A DNA stretch of 64,000 nucleotides from Candidatus Poribacteria bacterium. Its GTDB lineage: Bacteria > Poribacteria > WGA-4E > WGA-3G. Location: assembly GCA_964291315.2 (NCBI GenBank), contig OZ219753.1, forward strand, positions 3,008,001 through 3,072,000, read 5' to 3'. The notes beneath the pieces are model-generated. The model did not search any database. It had not been told where the DNA came from and was given only the letters and a program-made list of their open reading frames with translations. Positions 39,716 through 47,751 of this stretch are shown one piece after another (positions within the stretch are counted from its first letter, which is position 1; each line of letters begins with the position of its first letter). The position numbers were made by a program, and so were the translations under genes.

Positions 39716-40487
39716 CGAAGGTAAGCGACTTTAAATCGACCTGTTCTATGAGTTCGGTTTCAGTCACATCTATACCTGTTTCCTTATCCCGTGCTGCAAT
39801 CCGTTCGGCTCTCTCTGCTTTCGCTGTATCGAAAACAGCCGCGAGCTCGGCTTCAATATTGTCTGCTGAATCAATATCGAGGAGCTCGTTGATGAGTGCC
39901 CCGAAAATTTCATGGTCTGCTCCCCAGATAGCGTCGCAAATTGCCCGCGCGCGTTCATCGATATAGCTAATCGCAGGCGAACCTGGATCCATCAACTCAT
40001 TTTCGAGGAACATGCCAGCGTATTGACCTTTGATCTTGATACGCCCGTGGAGAAGGATTGCCAAAAGGCGAATATCCAATTCCTTGAGAAACCGCTGCAG
40101 GTCACCCGGATCACATTCGGAAAGTTCAAAAAACCAGAGGTCCAAGGACTCTTCATCAATTTGCCCTTCACGCCAAACAGCGATATCGAGCAATTCTTCA
40201 AATTGCTGATTTGAGAGACACGGCAATAAGACCGAGGCAAGCCCTGTGCCGAGCATGGTGTCTAAGATTTGTAGTACATCCTCAGTGGGGCTTTCTTGAA
40301 TAAGTGCTGTACAATCCGGTACAAGATAGTAAATCTGCTCTCGTGCTTTCGGGTTACGAGTTGCACCGAGAATCTCAAGCTGCAGCTCCTTTTCGTAGCT
40401 TTGAAAGAGTTGCTCTGCCTCGCGCGTCGGTAAAGACAGTAACTTCTTACCTTCGGAGCGTGGAACTATTGTTTTCGGACTATTCAT
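39672..40487 (-). CDS. Hypothetical protein resembling the N-terminal half of DUF6178 proteins
   Basis: RBS aaggag; 'ALIQESPTEDV...QQFEELLDIAVW...LDLWFFEL...LDIRLLAILL'. Confidence 0.6.
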   Translation of the reverse strand: MNSPKTIVPRSEGKKLLSLPTREAEQLFQSYEKELQLEILGATRNPKAREQIYYLVPDCTALIQESPTEDVLQILDTMLGTGLASVLLPCLSNQQFEELLDIAVWREGQIDEESLDLWFFELSECDPGDLQRFLKELDIRLLAILLHGRIKIKGQYAGMFLENELMDPGSPAISYIDERARAICDAIWGADHEIFGALINELLDIDSADNIEAELAAVFDTAKAERAERIAARDKETGIDVTETELIEQVDLKSLTFDEDEGNDKSDEENR

Positions 40488-40543
40488 GTCCAACTCTCCT
40501 TATGGAACGGATTCCGATAATAGGTGACACTGTCACTATTGCC

Positions 40544-41314
40544 TCAAAAGTTGCTCCTCACAAAATTGAGGTTTTTCGACGCGGATTCGACTGGATCCTC
40601 GTTGCTGGGTGTTTCCAAGACAAACCAATCGTCGTATCCGATAGCATGCACAGCGTCAAAAACGGCAGTAAAATCAACATCTCCTTCGCCTGCATGATTG
40701 CCACCTGTATCTTTGATATGAATCTGTGAGATGGCTCCGCCCAAACTCCGAATCTCCGAGGCTGAGTCGTAGCCGAAGCCAGTAGCATTACCCATATCGT
40801 AATAGACACCAACGGCTGACGAACCGACGTTATCAATAATCCTCTGATGCTGCGCTGCACTTAACGTTGACTCAACTGCAAGAGAAATACCATATTTTTC
40901 GGCGGTTTCGGCAGCAGCTTTTAACCCATCTATGAAACGCGGAGCGTCAATGTGATCCTCCTCAATCCTACCGTTGCCAAAAAACGGCACCAAAATCACC
41001 TTCGCGCCGAGTTTTGGAGCTGTCTCTGTAAGATATTGTAACTTCGCGATTCCTTCGCTTCGTACGCTATCGGTCGGGTGCATAAACGAATAAGCAGTGA
41101 AACCACCCGGGGACAGAGAGGGCACTTCAACACCCGCTGTTTCTGCTAAATCCTTCACCTTATCAATCCCGCCCTCCTGCCAGAGCAGATGCTCACGGTA
41201 GTTAACACCCATACACACCTCTATACCGTCAAACCCGATTTTTTTTGCTTTCTGAAATGATTCTTCAAAAGAAACGGGCAACATTCCATCCCGAATACCT
41301 ACTTTCATAGTCAT
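40544..41314 (-). CDS. Sugar phosphate isomerase/epimerase (xylose isomerase-like TIM barrel)
   Basis: GFDGIE, LAVES, YYDMGN, IHIKD, GEGDVDF, GYDDWFVLE. Confidence 0.9.
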   Translation of the reverse strand: MTMKVGIRDGMLPVSFEESFQKAKKIGFDGIEVCMGVNYREHLLWQEGGIDKVKDLAETAGVEVPSLSPGGFTAYSFMHPTDSVRSEGIAKLQYLTETAPKLGAKVILVPFFGNGRIEEDHIDAPRFIDGLKAAAETAEKYGISLAVESTLSAAQHQRIIDNVGSSAVGVYYDMGNATGFGYDSASEIRSLGGAISQIHIKDTGGNHAGEGDVDFTAVFDAVHAIGYDDWFVLETPSNEDPVESASKNLNFVRSNF

Positions 41315-41366
41315 CCTCCTACAAGCATATAACGTGCAATCCAGCTGCGTTTTAAATTAATTCTGA

Positions 41367-41396
41367 ATTTTAACATGGTTTTCACGCGAATTGCAA
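41367..41396 (-). promoter_or_regulatory. Probable sigma70 promoter (minus strand)
   Basis: TTGCAA-18 nt-TAAAAT with extended TG. Confidence 0.5.
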
Positions 41397-41883
41397 GAAG
41401 ATCCACAATTTTTTCATCGGTTTAGAATTTAAGCGAAATTCTTGAGCTTACTCGTGGAATCGGAGAATCGCAAGACTAGAAGATTGGAAGGAAAGAAACA
41501 TAGAGAAATTCGTTCTACACGTGAATGGTGGCTTTGTGTATAATCCACCCTTTAGTTAATTGCGAAGCTGTAGCAGGATCATTTAGTTTTCAGAAAAAGG
41601 GAACTTATGGGCAGGCCCCCTGGTCCCCGAATGCCCAGGTTTAGTAAAGTAATAAACAAAGCCCATTCTGTATATTACATGCCTATTCGGGTATCCTTGC
41701 AGAAATTGCAGGAAAACTGACTCGTCCTAAGAGTATAAAAAACAAATTGATTTTTTCCGATGGACATGTTAACATATTCTAAATTAATTCTTCGTACGGA
41801 CGTATCAAAGGTCATCTGAAAGAAAAAACTTCTTTAGAAACCAATAGATATTGTTCGGCACGAAAAAATAGAAAGGATATGTA

Positions 41884-42660
41884 ATGAAACAGATTACTTG
41901 CATAGTCGGAATACTGCTTCTGGGCACCTGTCTTATTCCTAGTGTTTTTGCCCAGGACTTGATGAGTGATGAATTCGATGGGACAGGCCAAGGCCTTCAG
42001 TCTTTCTGGCAAGTCAAGGACGGTGATAAGAGCCCATGGGAGCTGAAAGAGGGAATGCTTGTTGCTGAAGCAGGCTTCGATCAGAATGTATGGACAGACG
42101 ACACCTCCACACGTTTTTATCAGGTCACCGATCAGGATCAGTTTGACATCGAAACATCGATGGTCGTTGATTACGCTGACGCGTGTACAGTTGCGGGTAT
42201 TATTGTGTACTCTGCAACTACAAAGGATCATCAGGACCGTGATGGGCAGTGGGTGACACTGAAGTTGTGGGGCCGCGGGGCAGACCAAGACAACAACGCT
42301 GTGCTCCAATACCAACGGCGTCAGAATGATGACGCTGCTTTGGGGTACGTCGGCACACAACCTGATTACCAGCCAGATCAAGGTGTTATTCCGGTTGAAC
42401 TCCGCGTCAAGCGCGATGGAGACGAATACCAATCCTGGTTTAAACCGAATGCAGAAGGCGATTGGGTCTCGGTCGGCACAGTGACCAACGAGCTCCAAGA
42501 ACCTCTTGAAGTTGGTATTTACGTTGGCATCTGCGAAGGCGAAGGCGAAGGTAAGATGACTGTCTCGTTTGATTATTTTCGAGAGGCATCAAGCCAAGTA
42601 ACCCCTGTTGATCCACGCAACAGACTCGCTGTTACGTGGGCGGGACTGAAAGGGCAGTAG
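41884..42660 (+). CDS. Secreted ConA-like beta-sandwich protein (DUF1349/GH43-C-like), paralogue A, with C-terminal tag
   Basis: Signal peptide; 'FDIETSM...AGIIVYS...LRVKRDGD...PLEVGIY...FDYF'; ends PVDPRNRLAVTWAGLKGQ. Confidence 0.75.
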   Translation: MKQITCIVGILLLGTCLIPSVFAQDLMSDEFDGTGQGLQSFWQVKDGDKSPWELKEGMLVAEAGFDQNVWTDDTSTRFYQVTDQDQFDIETSMVVDYADACTVAGIIVYSATTKDHQDRDGQWVTLKLWGRGADQDNNAVLQYQRRQNDDAALGYVGTQPDYQPDQGVIPVELRVKRDGDEYQSWFKPNAEGDWVSVGTVTNELQEPLEVGIYVGICEGEGEGKMTVSFDYFREASSQVTPVDPRNRLAVTWAGLKGQ

Positions 42661-42691
42661 GCACAAAAGCTGCTCATAATTCGCTGAATTC

Positions 42692-42719
42692 CTGGCGGCT
42701 CTAATGCCGCCAGTTCTTT
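42692..42719 (+). terminator. Hairpin + U-rich tail between the paralogues
   Basis: ctggcggc-tctaat-gccgccag-ttcttt. Confidence 0.55.
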
Positions 42720-42734
42720 ATACGGAGATAAAAT

Positions 42735-43535
42735 GTGAAACACGCAGCTATTTTATTCTTTATCGGCTCAGCAATGTTTTACGGAATATCCGCTGAAGCA
42801 GTAAATTCTCTCGGAGATCCGTTTGACGGAAACGCTCTGAAAAACCCGAATTGGAAATGGAAAAGCTCCGATGAGCAAAATGTTGAACCAAAAGAGTGGG
42901 ATATGGGTAAAACAAAAGCAGGATGGCTTCACGTCACCGGTGAACTGAACCGTAATCTCTGGCCCTCGGACACGACAAATCGACTCTATCAGGAACATAC
43001 AGGGGATTTTGACATAGAGACGCATCTTTACATGGACTACGCGGATGCTTGCGTCGTCGCCGGTGTTGTTGCTTATTCACCGACAACGCAGGACCATCAA
43101 GGACGGGACGGTGAATGGGTGACTATCAAACTCTGGGGTCGTGGTCCCGCAGACGGTAACAATGCCGTCATTCAGTATCAGAAACGTCAGTTTGATAATG
43201 CTGAAGGACTTGTCGGGACTGTTCCCGGTTTCCAGGCCCCAGCAGGGAAAATGGACGTTTATATGCGACTCCGCCGTGAAAATGATACTTTTACAGCATG
43301 GTGGAAACGGAAAACCAACGACAAATGGATTGATATCGGCGAAACCGAACAGCAGTTCGATGAACCGCTTGAAGTAGGCATTTACGCCGGTATCTGCGCG
43401 GGTCAAGGCAAACAAATTGCGCAATTTGAGTACTTTGAAGACCTCCTGATGCCTTTCGATGTTTCCCCTCGTGCCAAACTACCGGTTGCTTGGGCGGACC
43501 TGAAACGCCAACACAGCACGTCGGGCGATCATTAG
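42735..43535 (+). CDS. Secreted ConA-like protein, paralogue B, with C-terminal tag
   Basis: Clear similarity to the upstream gene (DYADAC.VAG, DHQ.RDG.WVT.KLWGRG); ends DVSPRAKLPVAWADLKRQ... Confidence 0.75.
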   Translation: MKHAAILFFIGSAMFYGISAEAVNSLGDPFDGNALKNPNWKWKSSDEQNVEPKEWDMGKTKAGWLHVTGELNRNLWPSDTTNRLYQEHTGDFDIETHLYMDYADACVVAGVVAYSPTTQDHQGRDGEWVTIKLWGRGPADGNNAVIQYQKRQFDNAEGLVGTVPGFQAPAGKMDVYMRLRRENDTFTAWWKRKTNDKWIDIGETEQQFDEPLEVGIYAGICAGQGKQIAQFEYFEDLLMPFDVSPRAKLPVAWADLKRQHSTSGDH

Positions 43536-43569
43536 TTTTTGTCTAAACTGGGAGTCATGCCAAAGTTTC

Positions 43570-44460
43570 TTGCCGGAAATGAAACGTGCCTGTTTTGCTA
43601 TCCTCATATTTATCTTTGTAACTCATGGTGAGTTTGCTTTTGCCGAAGTTAGTAGTGAGGCTCAAAAAGTTCTCAATACAATAGAATGGGTCTCTATTCC
43701 AGCTGGCACGTTCCTGATGGGATCGACACCCGAGGAAGTAGAGGCAGCTTACGAGGACGCGAAGTTACGGAGCTCCATGCTTGAGCGGCACACTTTTGAT
43801 GCAGAATTGCCACAACACCAGGTTTATCTGAGCGCTTATGAAATCTCACGGTGCGAAATCACAAACGCGCAATACCGCGCTTTTATTGAAACAACCAATC
43901 GTCCGATGCCGTGCGGGCACAATGGAGAAGAAACTTGGGCAGATGAAACGCTGAACGCCGATACGCAACCTATAGTCGGCGTAACGTGGTTTGACGCGCA
44001 AGCGTTCGCGGAATGGATTGGTGGAAGCCTGCCGACTGAAGCGCAATGGGAACGTGCGGCACGCGGCACAGTAGCCCGCACATATCCGTGGGGAAACACC
44101 CGTCCCAAGGTGCGTCAACATGCTAACTTTGCGCGTCGCTATAATCGTCCAATGCCGGTCGGACAATTCCCAGAAGGTGAATCACCAGACGGCATCGCAG
44201 ACCTCGCTGGAAATGTATGGGAATGGTGTCTCGATGAATACAATTCAACAACCTATCAGCGTGGCAGTGTAGACGATCCCCGAAATCCGCTCAACCTTCG
44301 CTTCCGAGACGTGCTTCGGCCTAGAGTAATTCGTGGTGGTGCGTGGGATGTAGGTAGGGCGTTTCTCCGCTCAGGTTTGCGGTTCAAATTCTATCCTTTG
44401 GATTCAACGCATACGATCGGGTTTCGGATAGTCCGCCCACGCCCAAAAATAAAAGAATAA
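43570..44460 (+). CDS. Formylglycine-generating enzyme (FGE-sulfatase/SUMF1) family protein
   Basis: IPAGTFLMGS, EITNAQY, LPTEAQWERAARG, YPWG, DLAGNVWEW, RVIRGGAW, IGFR. Confidence 0.92.
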   Translation: MPEMKRACFAILIFIFVTHGEFAFAEVSSEAQKVLNTIEWVSIPAGTFLMGSTPEEVEAAYEDAKLRSSMLERHTFDAELPQHQVYLSAYEISRCEITNAQYRAFIETTNRPMPCGHNGEETWADETLNADTQPIVGVTWFDAQAFAEWIGGSLPTEAQWERAARGTVARTYPWGNTRPKVRQHANFARRYNRPMPVGQFPEGESPDGIADLAGNVWEWCLDEYNSTTYQRGSVDDPRNPLNLRFRDVLRPRVIRGGAWDVGRAFLRSGLRFKFYPLDSTHTIGFRIVRPRPKIKE

Positions 44461-44473
44461 ACTGCGTATCACC

Positions 44474-46141
44474 ATGTTCCAACGTAGGTACTGCCTCACC
44501 TGTTTGTTAGTATCCATACTAACAGGGAATTCTCTTTTCATATTTCCTCACTTCAGCAGCGCTGATCCTTTTTTCCGCGACGTAACCGACGCGATGAATC
44601 TCAATTTTCGGCATATCAACGGATTTTCGGCAGAGCGCCGACTCGTCGAGACAATGGGAAGCGGCGGCGCCCTCTTCGATTTCGATAACGACGATGATCT
44701 GGACCTCTATTTGGTTCAAGGCAACTCACTCTCTCCATCAGTAGAACCCCCTAAAAATCGACTTTACCGAAACGATGCTAGTATTTTTGTTGACATCACC
44801 GAAACGTCAAACGTTGGTCACACCGGCTACGGATTTGGTGCTGTCGCAGCAGACTACAACTCTGATGGGTATCCCGATCTGTATGTGACAAACTTGGAGG
44901 AAAATGTACTATACCGCAACAATGGGGATGGCACGTTTACCGATGTAACTGAGCGGGCACAAGTGGGGTGTTCCCTGTTGAGTACGAGTGCGGCGTTTGC
45001 TGACATCGACCGGGATGGTGACCTTGATCTCTATGTGTGTAACTACGTCGAGTACACTTTGGAAACTGACATCCCTTGCTATTACAAAGATGCCGTGCGT
45101 ATCTACTGCGGGCCCAACGAATATCACGGCATCGCCGATGTGCTATACCGCAACAACGGCGATGGCACGTTTACTGATATTACAAAATCAGCGGGCGTTT
45201 ATGAACCGACGACACGGGGGCTTGGCGTTGTTTTCACGGACGTGGACAAGGACGGTTGGGTGGACATCTACGTGGCAAATGATATGTCACCGAACACACT
45301 TTTTATTAACCAAGGTAATGGGAGCTTCCAAGAAGAAGGCGTGCTTCGGGGCGTAGCCTATAACGGCGATGGTTTGGCAAACGGATCAATGGGGGTAGAT
45401 GCCGGCGACTATGATAATGACGGCGACATTGACCTTTGGGTATCGAATTTCGCACTAGAGGCCAACTGCCTGATGCAAAACAACGGCATAGGTTATTTTG
45501 AGGACGTGACCTTTGACACAAACCTCGCCACCCCATCCTTCTACGCGCTCGGCTTCGGTACTCGTTTTATTGACTTTGATAATGACGGTTGGTTAGATCT
45601 CCTCGTAGGAAATGGACACATCTGGGATAACGTGAAACAGATTGACGCGAAACAGCGTTATGCACAGCCCGTGCAGCTGTTTCGCAATCAAATTGGTACT
45701 TCACAAAACCGGACCGGCTTCATTGAAATCACCGCTGAGGCCGGATTAAATCAGACACATTACGTCGTCCGTGGAATGCTTTTCGGGGATATAGATACAG
45801 ACGGCGATGTAGATGTTGTGCTTTGTCAATCGAACCGTCCAGCCGTCGTTCTTAAAAATGAGGTCGGCAATGCAAACGCATGGCTAACGGTAAAATTGGT
45901 AGGTGCAGATGGCAATACAGACGCAATCGGGGCACAAGTTCATGTAGAAACAGACAAAACGTCGCTCCTGCGGGAGGTTATTTGCGGCGCGAGCTACCTC
46001 TCAGGCAACGATCTCCGCCTTATCTTTGGTCTAGGAAGTGCTACACAGGTAAACAACATCCAAATTCGCTGGCACAACGGGCGCGTTCAGCACTTAGGGG
46101 AGACAGCAATTCGGCAATCTATAACACTCTTTCAAGATTGA
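44474..46141 (+). CDS. CRTAC1 family protein (FG-GAP repeats + ASPIC/UnbV)
   Basis: 'ETMGSGGALFDFDND', repeated D.D.DG..DL and LYRNNGDGTFTD, 'DAIGA...GASYLS...FGLG'. Confidence 0.92.
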   Translation: MFQRRYCLTCLLVSILTGNSLFIFPHFSSADPFFRDVTDAMNLNFRHINGFSAERRLVETMGSGGALFDFDNDDDLDLYLVQGNSLSPSVEPPKNRLYRNDASIFVDITETSNVGHTGYGFGAVAADYNSDGYPDLYVTNLEENVLYRNNGDGTFTDVTERAQVGCSLLSTSAAFADIDRDGDLDLYVCNYVEYTLETDIPCYYKDAVRIYCGPNEYHGIADVLYRNNGDGTFTDITKSAGVYEPTTRGLGVVFTDVDKDGWVDIYVANDMSPNTLFINQGNGSFQEEGVLRGVAYNGDGLANGSMGVDAGDYDNDGDIDLWVSNFALEANCLMQNNGIGYFEDVTFDTNLATPSFYALGFGTRFIDFDNDGWLDLLVGNGHIWDNVKQIDAKQRYAQPVQLFRNQIGTSQNRTGFIEITAEAGLNQTHYVVRGMLFGDIDTDGDVDVVLCQSNRPAVVLKNEVGNANAWLTVKLVGADGNTDAIGAQVHVETDKTSLLREVICGASYLSGNDLRLIFGLGSATQVNNIQIRWHNGRVQHLGETAIRQSITLFQD

Positions 46142-46213
46142 CACAATTGCGTGCTGGCGTTACAATTTGGATACGGTAGGTTCGGACTTTCCTAAAACTG
46201 AAAACCTAAAATT

Positions 46214-46266
46214 GAGGTTTTGTGAGAAGAGTTGAAGGGCACAGACTGACAGTGTATGCTACAAGT
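46214..46266. repeat. Dispersed ~54-bp palindrome-bearing repeat, copy 1
   Basis: gaggttttgtgagaagagttgaagggcacagactgacagtgtatgctacaagt; matches 59197-59250. Confidence 0.85.
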
Positions 46267-46407
46267 CCGTTGCAGAGGAAGGGAATAGGTTAATTGAGGT
46301 CTGTATAGATTCCTTTGGCTGGAGTGAAACCGCACCTCCATCTTCAATCTATCCCAACCTATTCAGTCAGGGACGGACACCAGATCCCAACACCGATGAC
46401 AGCGAAT

Positions 46408-46442
46408 AAAAAAACCCGTACCTTTGTTCAGATACGGGTTTT
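46408..46442 (-). terminator. Intrinsic terminator (probably bidirectional)
   Basis: aaaacccgta...tacgggtttt stem with an A7 run (U-tail on minus) just after the minus-strand stop. Confidence 0.75.
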
Positions 46443-46460
46443 CTGTTAACGGACAAAGAT

Positions 46461-47183
46461 TTACTGCCGCTTGAGGTCTGCCCATTGGGTTGCCAGTTTC
46501 CCTTGCGGTTCGACCGGTGTCAGGATATCTAAGAAGAGATTGTCCATCGTCGGAGCGATGAGAAGATCAGTGTCCGTGGTTTCAAAATGAAGGTTGACGT
46601 AATCGGAACCACCGGAGTCACCACATTTGAAGTGCAGAAAATTCTCGCCCTTCTTGAGTTGAATCTCGGTTGGCGTTGTGACTTCTTGAACGCCGCCGGT
46701 CCACGCTGAATTGTCGTAGACCTGCTCCCCGTTGATCCAGATTTGTGCATGGTCGTCATGTGCAGGGTGCATGACTGTTGTCCGTTCATCTGGTGAAATA
46801 ATGGCAATGATGCCGTGCCACGTGATGTTGTCTGCTGGTGGATAATCGTGGCTTGTAGACATATTTGATCCATCTTCGATGTTAATGTTAACGATCGACC
46901 AAGCAAGTGTACCGCCGTTATCTGGAAGGTTGACGATGGTGCTTGCGGTTTTCCCAGCCCCGTCCCGTGTGGAAACAGAAGCGTTTGAAATAAGGCCATC
47001 GCTACCTTCAGCGAGATAATCAATACCAGCAGAGGTGGCGAAACCTCCGGTATCTGTTACCAGATCAAGTCCCCACCATTTTGCAATCCAATTATCACCC
47101 GCCGGTTGCCAATTTTGTGCAACTGCCATGGGCGTAATCAGGACAACACAAGCAAGTGTGATAAAGATTGTGAATTTTTTCAT
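46461..47183 (-). CDS. Secreted PA14-like domain protein with C-terminal tag (start revised to ATG 47183)
   Basis: RBS aaggag; signal MKKFTIFITL; 'HDDHAQIWING...LKKGEN'; ends PVEPQGKLATQWADLKRQ. Confidence 0.8.
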   Translation of the reverse strand: MKKFTIFITLACVVLITPMAVAQNWQPAGDNWIAKWWGLDLVTDTGGFATSAGIDYLAEGSDGLISNASVSTRDGAGKTASTIVNLPDNGGTLAWSIVNINIEDGSNMSTSHDYPPADNITWHGIIAIISPDERTTVMHPAHDDHAQIWINGEQVYDNSAWTGGVQEVTTPTEIQLKKGENFLHFKCGDSGGSDYVNLHFETTDTDLLIAPTMDNLFLDILTPVEPQGKLATQWADLKRQ

Positions 47184-47421
47184 AGCTATGAAATCTCCTT
47201 CTTCAATAGAGATAAGGTTCAGAGCTTTTGAGCAAGAAGCGCGCTTCCCAAAACCCATCCCCTCGTCAAAATTTTACATTTAGTGATCGCAGTACTGCAT
47301 GCAAATCACGATTTTTTTGAGGTTGACGTTCCCCCGGTAAACCGATGTCGGTTAATTATTTTTTCATCTTTCGCAGAGTAGTATACGTCACCCCGGAAAA
47401 GCGATAGAATCACTATGGGAC

Positions 47422-47451
47422 ATTATAGCACTTTTTAAGGATGAATTGCAA
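47422..47451 (-). promoter_or_regulatory. sigma70 promoter implying a ~230-nt leader
   Basis: TTGCAA-18 nt-TATAAT with extended TG. Confidence 0.6.
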
Positions 47452-47751
47452 GAAAAAAGTGCATCAGTTGAAAATTTCCTAAAAGTGTAGTATTAAGCAG
47501 AGAACTTGTCAACTTTAATTTGATCTACTCCGTCTCCCTATGGTATAATAAATACCTAAATTCTGAAAAGAACCGATGCCCCTTTCTTCACATTTTCTTA
47601 AAACTTCATAGCAACAGCGGTCTTCGGACACAGTTGAAGCATCATCTTTCATGGAATATTGGGAGGGAATTGGTTTGATCCGATCTATACGTTGCTGGTA
47701 TCCGCGCAACCAGGACTCTTAACAATAAGACAGAGGGATGGAGAAAGTATC

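Noticed and set aside
41315-41883. Hidden gene or RNA in the 570-bp divergent intergenic region
   Set aside because: Only promoter-like boxes and short weak hairpins seen; nothing supportable.
47326-47405. Mini-CRISPR interpretation of the two 21-nt repeats
   Set aside because: Only two degenerate short repeats and no cas genes in the window.
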